DNA of 64,000 nt, from positions 75,516,001 to 75,580,000 of the forward strand of contig NC_091479.1 of the NCBI RefSeq assembly GCF_036971445.1. Reading direction: 5' to 3'. A model generated the notes under the pieces. That model did not search any database. It had not been told where the DNA came from and saw nothing but the letters and a program-made list of their open reading frames with translations. Below are positions 1 to 12,247 of the stretch, in pieces. The position numbers and the translations under genes are program-made. Each line of letters starts with the position of its first letter. Position 1 is the stretch's first letter. The DNA comes from Narcine bancroftii (lineage: Eukaryota).

Positions 1-60
1 AAATTATTTGACTTTTGTCTATTGTAAGGCAGACAGAGTTGCCCCTTTGTCCCTCACAGA

Positions 61-158
61 AACTTCCAGCACCTGGTGTTTCCCCTCCAAGTACTGACCA
101 GACGTGCTTGCTTAGCTTCCAAAATCAGACAATCTCATGCATCTTCAGGCTATTAGGC
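61..158 (-). pseudogene. 5S rRNA-derived sequence (pseudogene or SINE3-type head)
   Basis: Reverse complement reads gcctaatagcctgaagatgcatgagattgtctgattttggaagctaagcaagcacgtctggtcagtacttggaggggaaacaccaggtgctggaagtt. This is colinear with 5S rRNA (GGAAGCTAAGCAG...CTGGTTAGTACTTGGATGGGA...GGTGCTGTAGGCTT) with a short internal deletion. Confidence 0.8.
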
Positions 159-1699
159 TTCTGCACTTCACACTTTGTACCATATGATTGTGGCCATCCC
201 TGGCCTTTGGACCCTCCCCACTCCATTTGGCGTCACTAGTATCCAGGTTGACACATGCTAGTGACTGGCCATGTCGCTAGTGTGCGTCAAGCTTCAGTAG
301 TGTCTCGCACCCCCCCCCCCCCTCCCCGGTCGACAGGTAAGTACAACTAGCACCTCCCCATCTCCCCCAATGCTGAACGAGCCCCCCTCTAACCTGTGTT
401 CTGGCATCTGCCCTGAGAGAGTATGCTGTATGATACTCTCATGCGATGCTGCCATCACCCAGCATTGTGAGAGAGTAGTATACCGCATATCGCAAGCATG
501 GGAACAGATTCAAAAATGAAAAGTACGAATTTGAACATCACATCTGTATGGTACTCTTATTTCATCTGACTCATAAACCAACAATTTGGCAGACTCTTTA
601 CTGCCTCCTTGGGTTAAAGGCAGCTAGAAATGAACAGATGCTTCTTTGCAGCTGATTCCATCTCCAATTTTCACATGAAAAGCTTTGTACAATCCTCCCT
701 TGACGCCTACCTCAAGAAATTGACTCCAGTAGTAAGTATCCCCTCTCCAGCAGCAGAATCAAACCCTGACTCTTAAGCACCAGGTCCATCCTCTCCAACA
801 GTTGCCATCTCTCCACCATCTTCTCCTACATGATCCAATTATGTACTGTATTATTAGGTTTTGGATATTGTAGTGTATTTGGAAGTGTTTCACATGCAGA
901 GAAAGGTTAAATATATACTCTATGTGCTAAAAACTGAGATAAATATTTGACTAACTGAAATACAAATTTGAGTTAAAGACAGACCTAGGTAATGGAACTC
1001 GTTTTTAGCCTGGGACTGCCTGTAGTTTGGACTCAGATTGAGAGTGCTTTGACTTTTCCATCTGAGGTTTTGAGAACAGAGATATGCTTTCCTGTGATTT
1101 GTCCCTGGGAAGGTTTAGTCCTGGCTACAAATCGGAGAAAACAGAGGTTATTAAGCAATGATGCAAGATGTCCATTCCGGTTGTGATCCTCTGCATTTCT
1201 GGTTCTTCCTCTGAGTTGTGGACCAGGGCCACCTTTCATAATGTTAATGCTTATCATTAAGTTTTAGTATTACAACATTAAGTCCTTGCAATTTGGTGTG
1301 AGGGTGAGAAGTAAAGGCAGTGCCTTACTTTCTCTGAGCTTCTTGCACTATTTATTTTTTGAAATTTTATTATAGAAATATTTGCATTGTTATGCTACCG
1401 CAAAACAACAAATTTAGTGACCTGTTCATGACAATAAATTCTGATTCTGCTTTGTCCAGATGGAAATCCAGTTGCTGCATTTTTCCCTATTTAATATTTG
1501 GTAAGCTTATCCCTGTAGTTTAATATTTCCATTGGCTCAGTTTAAAATGCTAATTATTTCTGTCATTGAGAATCTTGGATTTGTGACTTTGCATCCCTTC
1601 ATCTGCGTTATTTGTGATCGTTTGAGTCTTTCTGCTGTTGTTCTTTATTCAGCGTGAATACATCAGTTTCCACGTTATCGGATCCAAAATCACAATATT

Positions 1700-2020
1700 T
1701 TGGAAAAAGTATTTTCAGAAGCTGTCTTGCACTTGGAGGAAATCAACCATTTCTCTGCCTGCCCTCTTCTCACCCTTGCAACAAATTCAGAAATCTGATG
1801 GCAGAGGGAAAGAAGCTGTCCTTGTGCTGCTGGGTGTTCGTCTTTCCTGATGGTAGTAGTGTGAAGATGGCGTGGCCTGGGGGGTGGGGGTCCTTGAGGA
1901 TGGAGGCTGGTTTCTTAAGATACCACCTCTCAATAGATGTCCTCGATGGAGTGGTCTGGTGCCTATGATGTTGCAGGCTGAGTTAACAACCCTCTTCTAT
2001 AGTTTATTCTTGTCCTCAGC
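1700..2020 (-). mobile_element. Rex1/Babar-type LINE 3' fragment
   Basis: ttcagaaatctgatggcagagggaaagaagctgtcc...ggcgtggcctggg matches the 3' ends of the longer Rex-type copies at 14600-15990 and 20280-22390. Confidence 0.65.
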
Positions 2021-2904
2021 GTTTTCTGATATTAACTTTCAGTGACTTGAGGTTTTGTGCATTGCCTCTGAGCGAAGTTTGACTTTGAGGATTTTGTATC
2101 TAGACTGAAGACAGATTGATTTACTTTAAAGTAGGTATTATAAATCAAATTGGAATAAAGATATAAAGTTAGGGTCCTAGTGAATCACTGTATTCGAGTA
2201 GCACCATTGCTGAATTATATTTTTTAAATATTTGGTGACCCACCCAAGAACAATATTTTTCTGCACAGAGAATGGGAATAATTTGCCTGTTGCTTTACAC
2301 AATTTAATCAGGAAGACCAGCCTTAATTCAAAGCACTGTAAATGAGATACGAGGTCGATATTACTGTGGTGTTAAGGCTCGACATTCTTTTTAATGGTTT
2401 TAAATGGAGTTTCACTTTCTCCAGGCATGTATTACAGGTTTTGATGGTCAAAGAAAATGAAGGCATCTACACAGAACAATGCATTCTTCTTGTGCCCATT
2501 TTGATTAACACGCAAAAAAATTCACAAGTGAAGGAAGAAAACTTCCCACACATTATAATAAGTGAAGGAGACAGAAAGCCCTTTTATAGAGTAAAAAAAA
2601 TGTGACTGTAAAGGCGGAGATTTTATGTCCTCACGTCACTGACCCAACCTTCATAAATGCTCCACAAGTGCCTCCAAGACTGACTCTGATCCTTCCAGGG
2701 GTAGTCCCAGCGGTGGAATGGAGCACTCCACCTTGCTTCATAAATGCAAGAGGCTGGCTAGGGCGGGCTAATGAGGTTTCTATGATGCTGTCGGCCTGCG
2801 ACCGATTACTGAAGCAACACACAACAATATTTACTTTCTATTATGTACATGAATTACACAGTTAATATTTCAGGAGGGGATGTGGAGAAAGAGTCCTACA
2901 GAAT

Positions 2905-3208
2905 TTACCTACATGTTTACATGAGATTGAAATGGCCACTTCTCCGCTTCCAGTGCTGATGAATGGTCACTGGCCGTCCTCGTTACCCATAATCCCACAT
3001 GCAGTTGGAACCACTCTGCATTTCTCAGAGCAGTTCCAGCTGTGTGGGGGATAATAGATAACGAAGACAGCCATTGCTCACCATGTATATATGCTGTCAT
3101 GTTGCCCTACCTCCATAGGCTCCAGAGGATGCTACAAGGAGCCGCTCTTCATAAAGGCAGAGTCGAAGCAGCCTTTTAGGGCAGCTCGATTTTAAAAAGC
3201 TAAGTTCA
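2905..3208 (-). repeat. Dispersed repeat; inverted relative of 32810-33170
   Basis: Shared sequence seen in both translations: MTAYIHGEQWLSSLSIIPHTAGTALRNAEWFQL versus MTAYMRGEQWLSSLTIVPQVSGTALRNAEQFHL. Confidence 0.7.
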
Positions 3209-3514
3209 GATTTGTCTTCGTGGATGGAGCCAAGGCCCAGCATAAAAACATCCATTAAGAGTTTTGTTGAGGTCCTGAAATTTCTGAAGCTAGTCTTTGG
3301 TGTTCACAATTGCATTCATTTTTTATATTCTTGGTTATTGTTTACCAGCAGCACCCTTAATGTCTTACATTCATTTAAATTTATTTATTGATCTATTTTA
3401 ACAAAATCAGTTGTCTTTAAGTCATATTTAAGTAAGAGTTGATATGTGGAACCACCAGACGTTGCCTCATGCTGTGAGTGGAACCATTATGAATGATGGT
3501 GCGAGATGACTGAT

Positions 3515-4350
3515 TAAGATTCAAGATTCAATTTATTATTATCATGTCATATTACATGAAATTTCTTTTTGCCTGCTGCAAGGTAGACAGATTTGCCACT
3601 GGCTGGAATTGCCTAAGCGCCTCTTACAGTTCGAGAGAGAGGGAAGCAAAAGAAAGTGCCCCTCTCCCTCCACCAACCCACCCCCCCGCCCCACAAGAAT
3701 CACCAAGTGTCATAGATTTGCCTCCAACCCTTCCTCAGCTACAAAGTCCAGTCCAAACCATTGGCAACCCGAGCTCCAGATCAGAACCTCTGACACAGTC
3801 AGGAACCCTTCAGCACACTTGGCACCTCCTTGCATCCCGGTTCCAATGCCTGGTTACCCCCCACCCCAACTAGTTCGAGCCAGTCTCCCAGTAGTCTGCA
3901 GCCCGACACTAGTTTCTCGACAGCAGTCTTCAGCAGCCCACAGCTTCCGCAGGTTCATCGCCTCGAGACTCCAGTAGCTCACCACATGCACTGGTTCCTC
4001 AGCTGCAGAGCCCCCTCACTGGTTTGCAATCGTGGTTACTGTCCCTGCGGAGCATCTCCTTCACTTCTCCCTCTCAGACAGGGGGTGATCTTCCTGACCT
4101 CTGGTGTCCTGCTCCAGTCCTCCACTTCCCTGGAATCTGCAGCCCCTTGTGACTGCTGCCGATTTGGCGCTGCCATCTTGGACACAGAGTCACGGTCGTG
4201 GGATTTCAAATAAAAATCCCCGTAGGTTCCCTCAGCGGGCTGTTCAAAACCCATTCAGAGCCGACAGCAGTCAACTGGGCGGCTGGTCCCCAGTGCTGAC
4301 GGAGCGCTGCATCACTGCTCCCCGTGGGTCTGTCAGTTCCGCCACCTTGA
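3515..4350 (-). mobile_element. Non-autonomous retroposon-like repeat with a LINE-type (GAATCTT)n tail
   Basis: Begins aagattcaagattcaatttatt, the reverse complement of an aataaa plus short tandem tail. The tail-proximal motif is shared with 8-35 and 5780-5870. Confidence 0.45.
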
Positions 4351-6214
4351 TACTTAGACTAGATATTTTATCCTATGGTCAAAATGGTCCAGTCCAACAG
4401 GTTTTGACCATTTGAGTTGAACTAGCATTGCAGTCACTACAGTGCAGTTAGGGTGAAACACATCATTCCAAGCTCTCTGGTTTCCCTATGACACACAGTT
4501 ATTGAAGCTCAGATCATGGCTGACTCTCATTTCTCAACCCACTAACATCACGAACTATCCAACATTATTTTCTCACCATCTTTGGAGAAGCTGGCTAAGC
4601 AAGAATTTCTCGCCCTACTTTCCTGCATCCATTTCCAACAGTGTGGAATATTTATTTAAGGTTGACAGTGAAAATGGGGGATGTGTAGGACTCCAGTATG
4701 TTCCCTTACTGAAGTTGATCATGTTAGAAATGTAGTCATCAAAACTACTGAAATAAACACAGAAAATGCAAGAAACATTTCAGCTTGGGAGAAATTAAAT
4801 TAGGGGTTTCATCTGGTGACCTTTCATGAGACTGACATTATAAAAGTAACACACTTCAGATGTACTTGTTTAGCTGCGAAACATCCAGAATGTCCTGAAA
4901 ACCACTGGATAAATGCAGGTCCAATTCAGCATGTCACCCAACCCATTTGGAAACCGAGTCATTGGCATTTAACAGCCCTCACTTATGCAGTCATTTTAAG
5001 TGAGTCATTTTACTAAATTAGGCAGATTCTACCTATTACAAATAATTACATTTGAACTCATTCCTGAATGTCTTTGTGAAAACATAGAAATGCCGGAGCA
5101 ACTCAGCAAGTCCCTGCAGCGTCCGTAGGAGATAAAAATACATAACCCAATGTTTCAGGCCTGAGCCTTTCTTCAAGGTAATTTTTGGTTGTTCAGATTA
5201 TTGGCAGTGCTATCATTTATTGTCTATTTACATTAATTAAAGAGTCAACCACATTGGTGGGTCTGGAGTCATGCTGGCCCAGACCAGACTAGCAGGACAT
5301 AATTTCTTTGCTGAAAGACGAGTGAACCAGATGGTTGTTGCAAACTGCAACAGTCTGCGGTTACTGTCCCCGAGCTTTCTCATCTCAAGCCACCAGTTTC
5401 ACAAGCTGTTCAAGAATTTTAGACCAGGAACAGTGCTGTAGTTAGGATGTGATCCCATGTTTTTGCTGTTCTTGTCCTTCTAGGTAGTAAAGGTTGTGGG
5501 GCTGAAAGGCACCGTGTCAGAAGCTGCAGAGTATCCTGTAGATGGTAGAAATTGTGTGTTGGGAGTGGAGTGAGTGAATGGCTGTGATGGGCTACTATGC
5601 CCAATATAGTATCAAGCTACGAGGTGTTGTTGAAGCTGCACAAACCCAGTCAAGTACTTTGGATACTGGATTCATTAGTCCTGTTACAACTGGAAAGGCT
5701 TCAAGCCCTGTGCACCGAGACCAGGCACAGCCTGCTTACTCTCAAAGCTGGCCTCATTTCCACAAAATGTCAAATTTCCTCAAGGTTCCTTTTATTATCA
5801 CGTTACAATACATAAAAATGTAATGTACATGATATACTTCAACTTTTGTCTGCTGTATGGCAAACAATAGGAGAAAGAGGAACAATTAGGAGTCCCTTCA
5901 GAGACACTGAATATCTGACGATTCGCCTCCCTATAAAATAAAAACTCAGCAAAAAACTTTCATTTGCCTAGAGTTGCAGTGTCTTGGTGAAGACAAATTT
6001 GGTCTGGCCTCGACAGTGAACTGAAACATTAATTCTTAATCTTGTACCTTTATGGTTACAGATAAAGAAATGGAGGGTATTTAGGTCGATCAGTTCTAAT
6101 CATGCTGAAAGCCACTAACTGAACAACTATTCCTGAGTAGAATAGTAGATGTGCCTGGCACAACATCACTGGGTGTCTAATGATTTATTTACCCTTCCAA
6201 CTAATCTTGAGCAG

Positions 6215-6885
6215 AGAACCATAGAACACTTCAGCACAGAAAACAGGCCATTCGGTCGGTGCCGACCATCATTTCCCCAGTCCCACTGACCTGCTCCCGT
6301 TCCATAATCCTCCAGACATCTCCCATCCGTGTACCTATCCATTTTATTCTTAAAACATTACAATCGAGCCTGCATTCATCACATCAGATGGGAGTTCAAT
6401 CTATGCTCCCACCACTCTCTGAGTGAAGAACTTCCCCCTAATGCTCCCTCTAAACCTTCCCCCTTCAGTTTAAAACTAAGACCTCTCGTATTTATTTCCC
6501 CTAATCTAAGTGGAAAAAGCCTATTCTCATCCACTCTGTCTCTACCTCTCAAAGTCTTGTAAACCTCTATCAAATCTCCCCTTCTTTTTCTTCACTCCAA
6601 GGAATAAAGTCCTAACCTGTTTAGTCTTTCCCTGTAACTCATCTCCTGAGACCTGGCAACATCCTAATGAATCTTCCTGCACTCATTCAACCTTATTATC
6701 CTTCCTTTAGTTAGGCACCCAGAATTGCACACAATATTCCAAATTTGGCCTCTTAAACAACTTCAACATAACACCCCAACTCCTGTACTCAATACTTTGA
6801 TTAATAAAGGTTGGCAGACCAAAATCTTTCTTTACAACCCTGTCCACATATGTCATCACTTTCAGGGAATAATGTACAGGGTACT
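6215..6885 (-). mobile_element. CR1 LINE, ORF2 3' end and tail
   Basis: Minus-strand peptides RPNLEYCVQFW and MIEVYKTLRGRDRVDENRLFPL...TRGLSFKLKG are characteristic of the CR1 ORF2 C-terminus; agaaccatagaac tail. Confidence 0.85.
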
Positions 6886-7190
6886 TGTTTTTCAGGGGGA
6901 CTCCCATCTGGGGTCCCTGCTCTACCTGCCTGATCCCTTTCTTAACTAACCCAACGACACTCTACCTGTCTCGTAGGTGTAATAGTGTCCCTATAAACTC
7001 CTGTCTATCACACCCTCTGCCTCTCGAATGCTCCGGAGTTTATCCATCGCCTGCTCCAAAGCCTCAACACGGCTTGTCAGGAGCATCAGCTGGATGCACT
7101 TCCTGCATCCGTAGTTATCAGGGAAACTACTGACTTCCCTAATAATCCACTGTACAAGAGGAGCCCTGCCCTGGGCTCCATTCTCATACT
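6886..7190 (-). mobile_element. CR1 ORF1 fragment
   Basis: Minus strand around 7128-7055 encodes FPDNYGCRKCIQLMLLTSRVEALE, resembling the CxxC/leucine-zipper start of CR1 ORF1. Confidence 0.55.
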
Positions 7191-8504
7191 TGCTCTACAT
7201 TGCCCTCTATCACCACAACACCAGCCCTCTCTGCCTATTTATGCTGGTAGTGTGGCTCCTGGGGAAGGCAAAAACCAAATGGAAAAAAAAACCCTGCAGC
7301 CAATTACAGGGAAAAGACTTTGGAAAATTCCTCCCCGACTCCTTGGTGGCAATCGAGCAAAGCTCCAGGAGATCACTGGAAATAGTGATACACTACCAGC
7401 AATACTATTTCTAATGTTTTATAACTATTATGCTCTACCACAAAATTAGACGAGGTGTCGCTGGCCCGGACTTCACTCTGCAGCTACTGCTGCTCCGCTG
7501 GGCCCACAAGGCCTGGGCTCTGTGCTCTCTTCTCACGCAGACCGCTTGACTCCACCTCGTCCGCTGCCCACCTCCGCTGTGCTGCCGCTCACGCCTGTTG
7601 CTTCCACTCACCTCCGCTGCAGCTGCCATCTCTGCTGCCCACCCCTGCTGCGGCCGCAGCTCTCCTCACATTCAAGCCTTTTCTCCTATTATCCATATTG
7701 TTCAAAATATCGCTTGCTCAGCATTAGAACTTGATGCTTTAATGAAGCTGTAAGGCTAAAGTTGCAACCAGGATTAATATTTTCATGAAATGGTTCCAGA
7801 GTGAAATAGATTACAGATTTAGATATTGAAAGAGGGCTTCATTGGCCGTAGGACACTATCATAAAGAGTAATATATAAAAGCCAAGAATTCTGTATAACT
7901 GGAGAAATTGTGGTGAGAATGTAAATACAGCAATGATACTTGGTAATTGAATCACAAGCTATTTTATTTCCAGAAGATGCCTTACATTTCAAACATGAAG
8001 CAATTTGCTTTTGTAGAAAGAATCAGAATACCCATTACTTCAACAAACCCTTCAAAAGGCTTTAATATTCTTGTTGAGGCAGATTATCTGGCACTGACTT
8101 CGATTATTCAACGAACACAGCCAGGCCCTATCACAGTGGACACACTGAGATTATACACTATTTGCAAGAATTATGGCAATCTTGATGCATTAATGACCTG
8201 TGCTTCAGATAGAATATACTTAGGGAATGAAAAATGACATTTCTTTATCCCCCTTCCTTTCCCGTAAGTGTCCCTGTGGCCAGTGGGCGACCTCTTATCC
8301 ATTTCTTCCCCAAATGTAGTACAAAATTCAGTTCATAAACTGGTAATTTTCACTCATCTGGTACTCATGCCAGGCACCACGTTACATTTGCCACATACAC
8401 ACCACCCTGGGTAAAAGTTGACAAATATCTTGCTTTGTGGAAACTCTCAATTCTTTTGACCATATATTCATTAAGTATTCTGCTCCTTCAGAGGAGACCA
8501 TGAT

Positions 8505-8695
8505 TGTTATGCTTGGTTTTTTTTCCCCCAAGAAGAATGACTTTGCGTGGGTTTTAACATTTAACCAACATTATTTTCTTTGAGCTGCTTCAATCGACTT
8601 CCAATGACCGCCCCTGTCATATATCACTTCCGGGTTCCAGCCAACTGTGTGCACTGCATGCTGGGAAATGCAGTTCTTATATGCATAATAACACA
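8505..8695 (-). repeat. 3' LTR (complete, ~190 bp)
   Basis: On the minus strand, follows the PPT directly, starts TGTGTTATT and ends CATAACA. Shares tgagctgcttcaa, cccctgtcat and gcactgcatgctgggaaatg with the other LTR. Confidence 0.9.
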
Positions 8696-8772
8696 TCTTT
8701 CCCCTTAAAAAATAAAAACACAAACACAATACGATGCCCACTAACAAAAGTACCTACATTCCATGGTCATTC

Positions 8773-9461
8773 ACTTTCTATCACTTGCATCTGATGACTT
8801 CTGCCTTCACTAAGTTATTCAAGTTCATTCAAGGCATCCGCAAGATCCGCAGAAATCTGTGACGAGGTTCTTGTTTATCTGCAATTCACGAACAGTCACC
8901 AGTAGCTGTTGATTTTGTTGTTGTAGTTCCTCAACATTACAGTAGGTCACCGGATGTTGAGAAATTACTTCAGAGTAACTGCTTATGTCAGAAGAGCTAA
9001 GTTCATCTTCATGAAAAATAGGATTTCCTCGTGCATCTTCTAGTTCAAACAAAAACACCCTGTTCTGCTGTGAAAGATCTGACACTTGCATTTTCTATCA
9101 CTGATTCTCCCTGTGGAGTAATGAAGCATGCTTATTCACCTCATCAGTGCATTTTTGTAAGTGGCAAATTTCCTTCATGCCTTCTAATTTAGCTGAGAGA
9201 TTTACCACAGATTCTCATGCTTGCGCTTCAGAAGTGGAGCTTCCATCTTTGCTTCTTTCACAGTTTCATCTAAATATTTATTCACTCTCTTATTTTACTG
9301 TTTTGCCAATAGCAATTAATTTTGGGCTTATACATCTCTGTGAACCTCATTCCAGGTTTCACAATCTTGGCCACAGCTGCTGCAGTGGGCGACCATAGCT
9401 GCCAGTTCCTCAGTGTGGTGGTTCCTTTAAGCTTTGTAGTTGAAAGAAGATGGTTTGCATC
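8773..9461 (-). pseudogene. TPR: Processed fragment of nucleoporin TPR (coiled-coil region) captured inside the LTR element
   Basis: Frameshifted translation [170 protein letters not shown] is colinear with recalled TPR ([21 protein letters not shown]; [33 protein letters not shown]). No introns; several stops. Confidence 0.92.
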
Positions 9462-9462
9462 T

Positions 9463-9528
9463 GTTAAGTGTAAAACCAATGTAAAATAATTCTTCTTGAA
9501 AGAACAAACATAACATGGTGTCAGACGT
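9463..9528 (+). promoter_or_regulatory. Inverted LTR end (putative R-U5, 9463-9515) and primer-binding site (9516-9528)
   Basis: gttaagtgtaaaaccaatgtaaaataattcttcttg...CATAACA is the reverse complement of about 8505-8565. It is followed by TGGTGTCAGAcGT, complementary to a tRNA-Leu-type 3' end. Confidence 0.8.
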
Positions 9529-9564
9529 GTCCGAGTGAGTAAGAGATGATAATAGTTCATAAGC

Positions 9565-11982
9565 ATGGATAAGTTAAGCCTCCAACACCGATACAGTTTA
9601 CCAGCAATCTAACCAATAATTGGAAGCGATTCATCATTTATTTTGAAGCTGGTGGAATAGGAGAGACTGATGGAAAATGTCTACATTTCTGCACATGATG
9701 GGTGAAGGTGCATGGACATCTATAATAGTTTTCAAATTGATGAGACAGCTTTCACGTTGGACACTGATGGCAAAATGTGAGTATTTTGTTCCAAGTTAAA
9801 ACGTCATGTTTGAGAGATTCACATTTTACTCCTGTGACCAGAAACAAGGTATGATCTTTGACCAATACTTAGCCAAGCTTCACACACAGACTCCTGTGAA
9901 TTTGGAGATTTGAAAAATTCACTCATTAAAGACCGAATAGTTTGCAGAATCCCATATAATGGATTTCGAGAAGACTGTTGCGTGAAAAAGATTTGACTCT
10001 GCAAACGTCTGTGAATATGAGTAGGGCAGCAGAGAATACATGAGCAGAAGCTAAGGAGCTGCTCAGGATAGACACAACAGTTAAGGAGCTGCACAGAATA
10101 GACATATAATGCATGTGATGAAAACAGATGAGCACCAGGAGTTTCCCAAAGTAAAGTGGTAAGCTCAAATGCAGCAGGTGCGGAGGTAGAGATATTCTAA
10201 AGATGTGTCCACATTATGGAAAGTTCTGGTATAAATGTAGGAAGAAGAAGCATTTTGCAAGGTGCTGCAAAGTTGAGGATACCAAGAGAAAGGTATACAC
10301 AGTGGAAGAAGAAATAGAGGAATTCTTTGTGCATTTGCTACAGACTGCTGCAAGCAAAACAGAATATATTGTTCCAGTGACTGTGAATAAGACAGTATTC
10401 CATTTAAGATCGACACCAGAGCCCAGGTAAATTTGTTGTCTATGGATGATTACAAAACCGTCACCACATAGAGCAAGATTTATCCTGTGAAATTAAAAGT
10501 GACAGACTACACTGGAGAGAATGCTCCAATAAAAGCGGGCTGTATGATGACCTTCAAACACAAAGGGCGGCATCTAAAGTCATAGCTATTGATTGTAGAA
10601 AGGAGAGTACAGCCAATATTAGGTCTGCGTGCATGTGAAGAGCTCGACCTGGTGAAAAGAGTTTTCACAGTGGCTTCACAGACTGAAGGCAAACACACAA
10701 CACTCATGGAAGAGTACCAGATGTCTTTGAGGGACTTGGATGTTTACTCAAGATCCACATAGATGAGATAGTGGCTTCTGTTGTCCATGGATGCAGGAAA
10801 GTACCATTTCCACTTAGAGACAAACCTAAACAAGAACTAGCATGCGTGGAACGGATGAAAGTCATCCAGAAAATTGAAGAACCTACAGATCGAATCAGCT
10901 CACTGGTCATCGTGCATAAGAAAAATGGAGCATTGCATATATGTCTCAATAAAGATATAAAGAAATAGCATTTTAAATTGCCCACACAGGAGGAAATAAT
11001 GTCCTAGTTTGCAGGTGCCAAGTGGTTTAGCAAGCACGATGCATCATTGCGATTTTGGCAAATGAAGCTCAATGAGGAAAGTTTGAAACTATGCACTTCC
11101 AATATTCCACAAGGAAGATACCGCTTTCTTCGGCTACCATATGGGATCTTGTGCACACCAGAAATCTATCTTAAAACCATCCACGTGATCTTTGAAAGTG
11201 TATCTGGAGTTGAGACCATGATGGATGATGTCATTGTATGGGGGTCCACCAAGGATGAACATGGTACATGATGAAGACAAGTGCTTGACATGACGTGGAA
11301 TGACAATTTGAAATTAAATAAAGAGAAATGTGAGTTTGGCATAAAGACCCTGGCCTTCATAGGAGATGAGGGAGAAAAGCCTGATCCAAGAAAGACATCA
11401 GCCATTGAGAATTTTGCAAGGCCCCAAAACAAAGAGTAGGTGAGACGTTTCTTGGTCATGGTGATTTACCTGGCTAAGTTCATCCCTCTTTGGCCGACTG
11501 TGTCAGCACCACTTAGATCACTCCTTGAGCAGAAAAATGAATGGATATGGCCGCATGAGCAAGAAGAATGTTTCCAGGCTCTCAAAAAGACCCTCACAGA
11601 GAAGGCTGTACTAAAATTTTCTGATCTGGATAGACGCACCAGGATCTTGGCTGATGCATCCTGACATGGCCTTGGAACAGTACTCCTGCAGCAACATGAA
11701 GATACATGGCAACCTGTGGCCTATGTATAAAGGGTTTTAACAAGTGCAAAAGTCAAATATGCACAGATAGAGAAAGAGCTTCTTTCCAGCATGTGAAAGC
11801 TTCCATCACTATAGTTTTGGATAAGCTTTGGAAGTGGAGACCGATCAATTTTGTCCAAACCACTGAATGACGGTCCCTTGAGAGTGCAGCGCATGTTGAT
11901 AAGGCTGCAGTAATACGATGTGAAAATGTTCTACATTGCCAGGAAAATGCATGTTTTCAGCTGATACACTGTCTCTAGCAGT
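9565..11982 (+). pseudogene. Degenerate Gypsy gag-protease-RT-RNase H (no integrase)
   Basis: Gag start [20 protein letters not shown]; zinc knuckle CPHYGKFWYKCRKKKHFARCC (~10200-10270); protease FKIDTRAQVNLL (~10403); RT YRFLRLPYGI and MMDDVIVWG (11118-11245); RNase H ILADAS, YAQIEKELL, PGK..ADTLS. Many stops and frameshifts. Confidence 0.92.
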
Positions 11983-12247
11983 TGTATAACTGCCCTGGAG
12001 AAGCGATACCTTAATGTACAGAATCAACCTCATTACATGTCATGAATGACAAACTGGAAAATGAGTTGGCAAATAAGGATGTCTTCTTACGCCAGCTAGA
12101 AGACAAAGATAGACAGTTACAGGAACGTCTGGAACTAGCTGAAGAGAAAATGCAGCAAACAATGAAATGAGCAGAAATTTTGCCAGAAGGAGAAGCTGAA
12201 CTTGCCCAGCGAATTGCATCTCTGGCAATGGGAAGAAGGGCATGGCA
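11983..12247 (+). pseudogene. Processed fragment of liprin-alpha (PPFIA, closest to recalled PPFIA2) captured inside the LTR element
   Basis: [86 protein letters not shown] versus recalled liprin-alpha [89 protein letters not shown]. Confidence 0.9.

Noticed and set aside
61-158. Functional 5S rRNA gene
   Set aside because: Diverged, internally deleted, missing the 5' end and not in a tandem array.
2607-2826. Small solo LTR (tgtaaagg...cacaaca)
   Set aside because: TG...CA ends are present, but there is no TSD and no second copy in the window; not supportable.
8773-12247. TPR-like and liprin-like coiled-coil segments as extra BICD1 exons or functional nested genes
   Set aside because: Both contain stops and frameshifts, lack splice signals at their edges and lie inside an LTR element. 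BICD1 exons 2 and 3 already match the expected protein.
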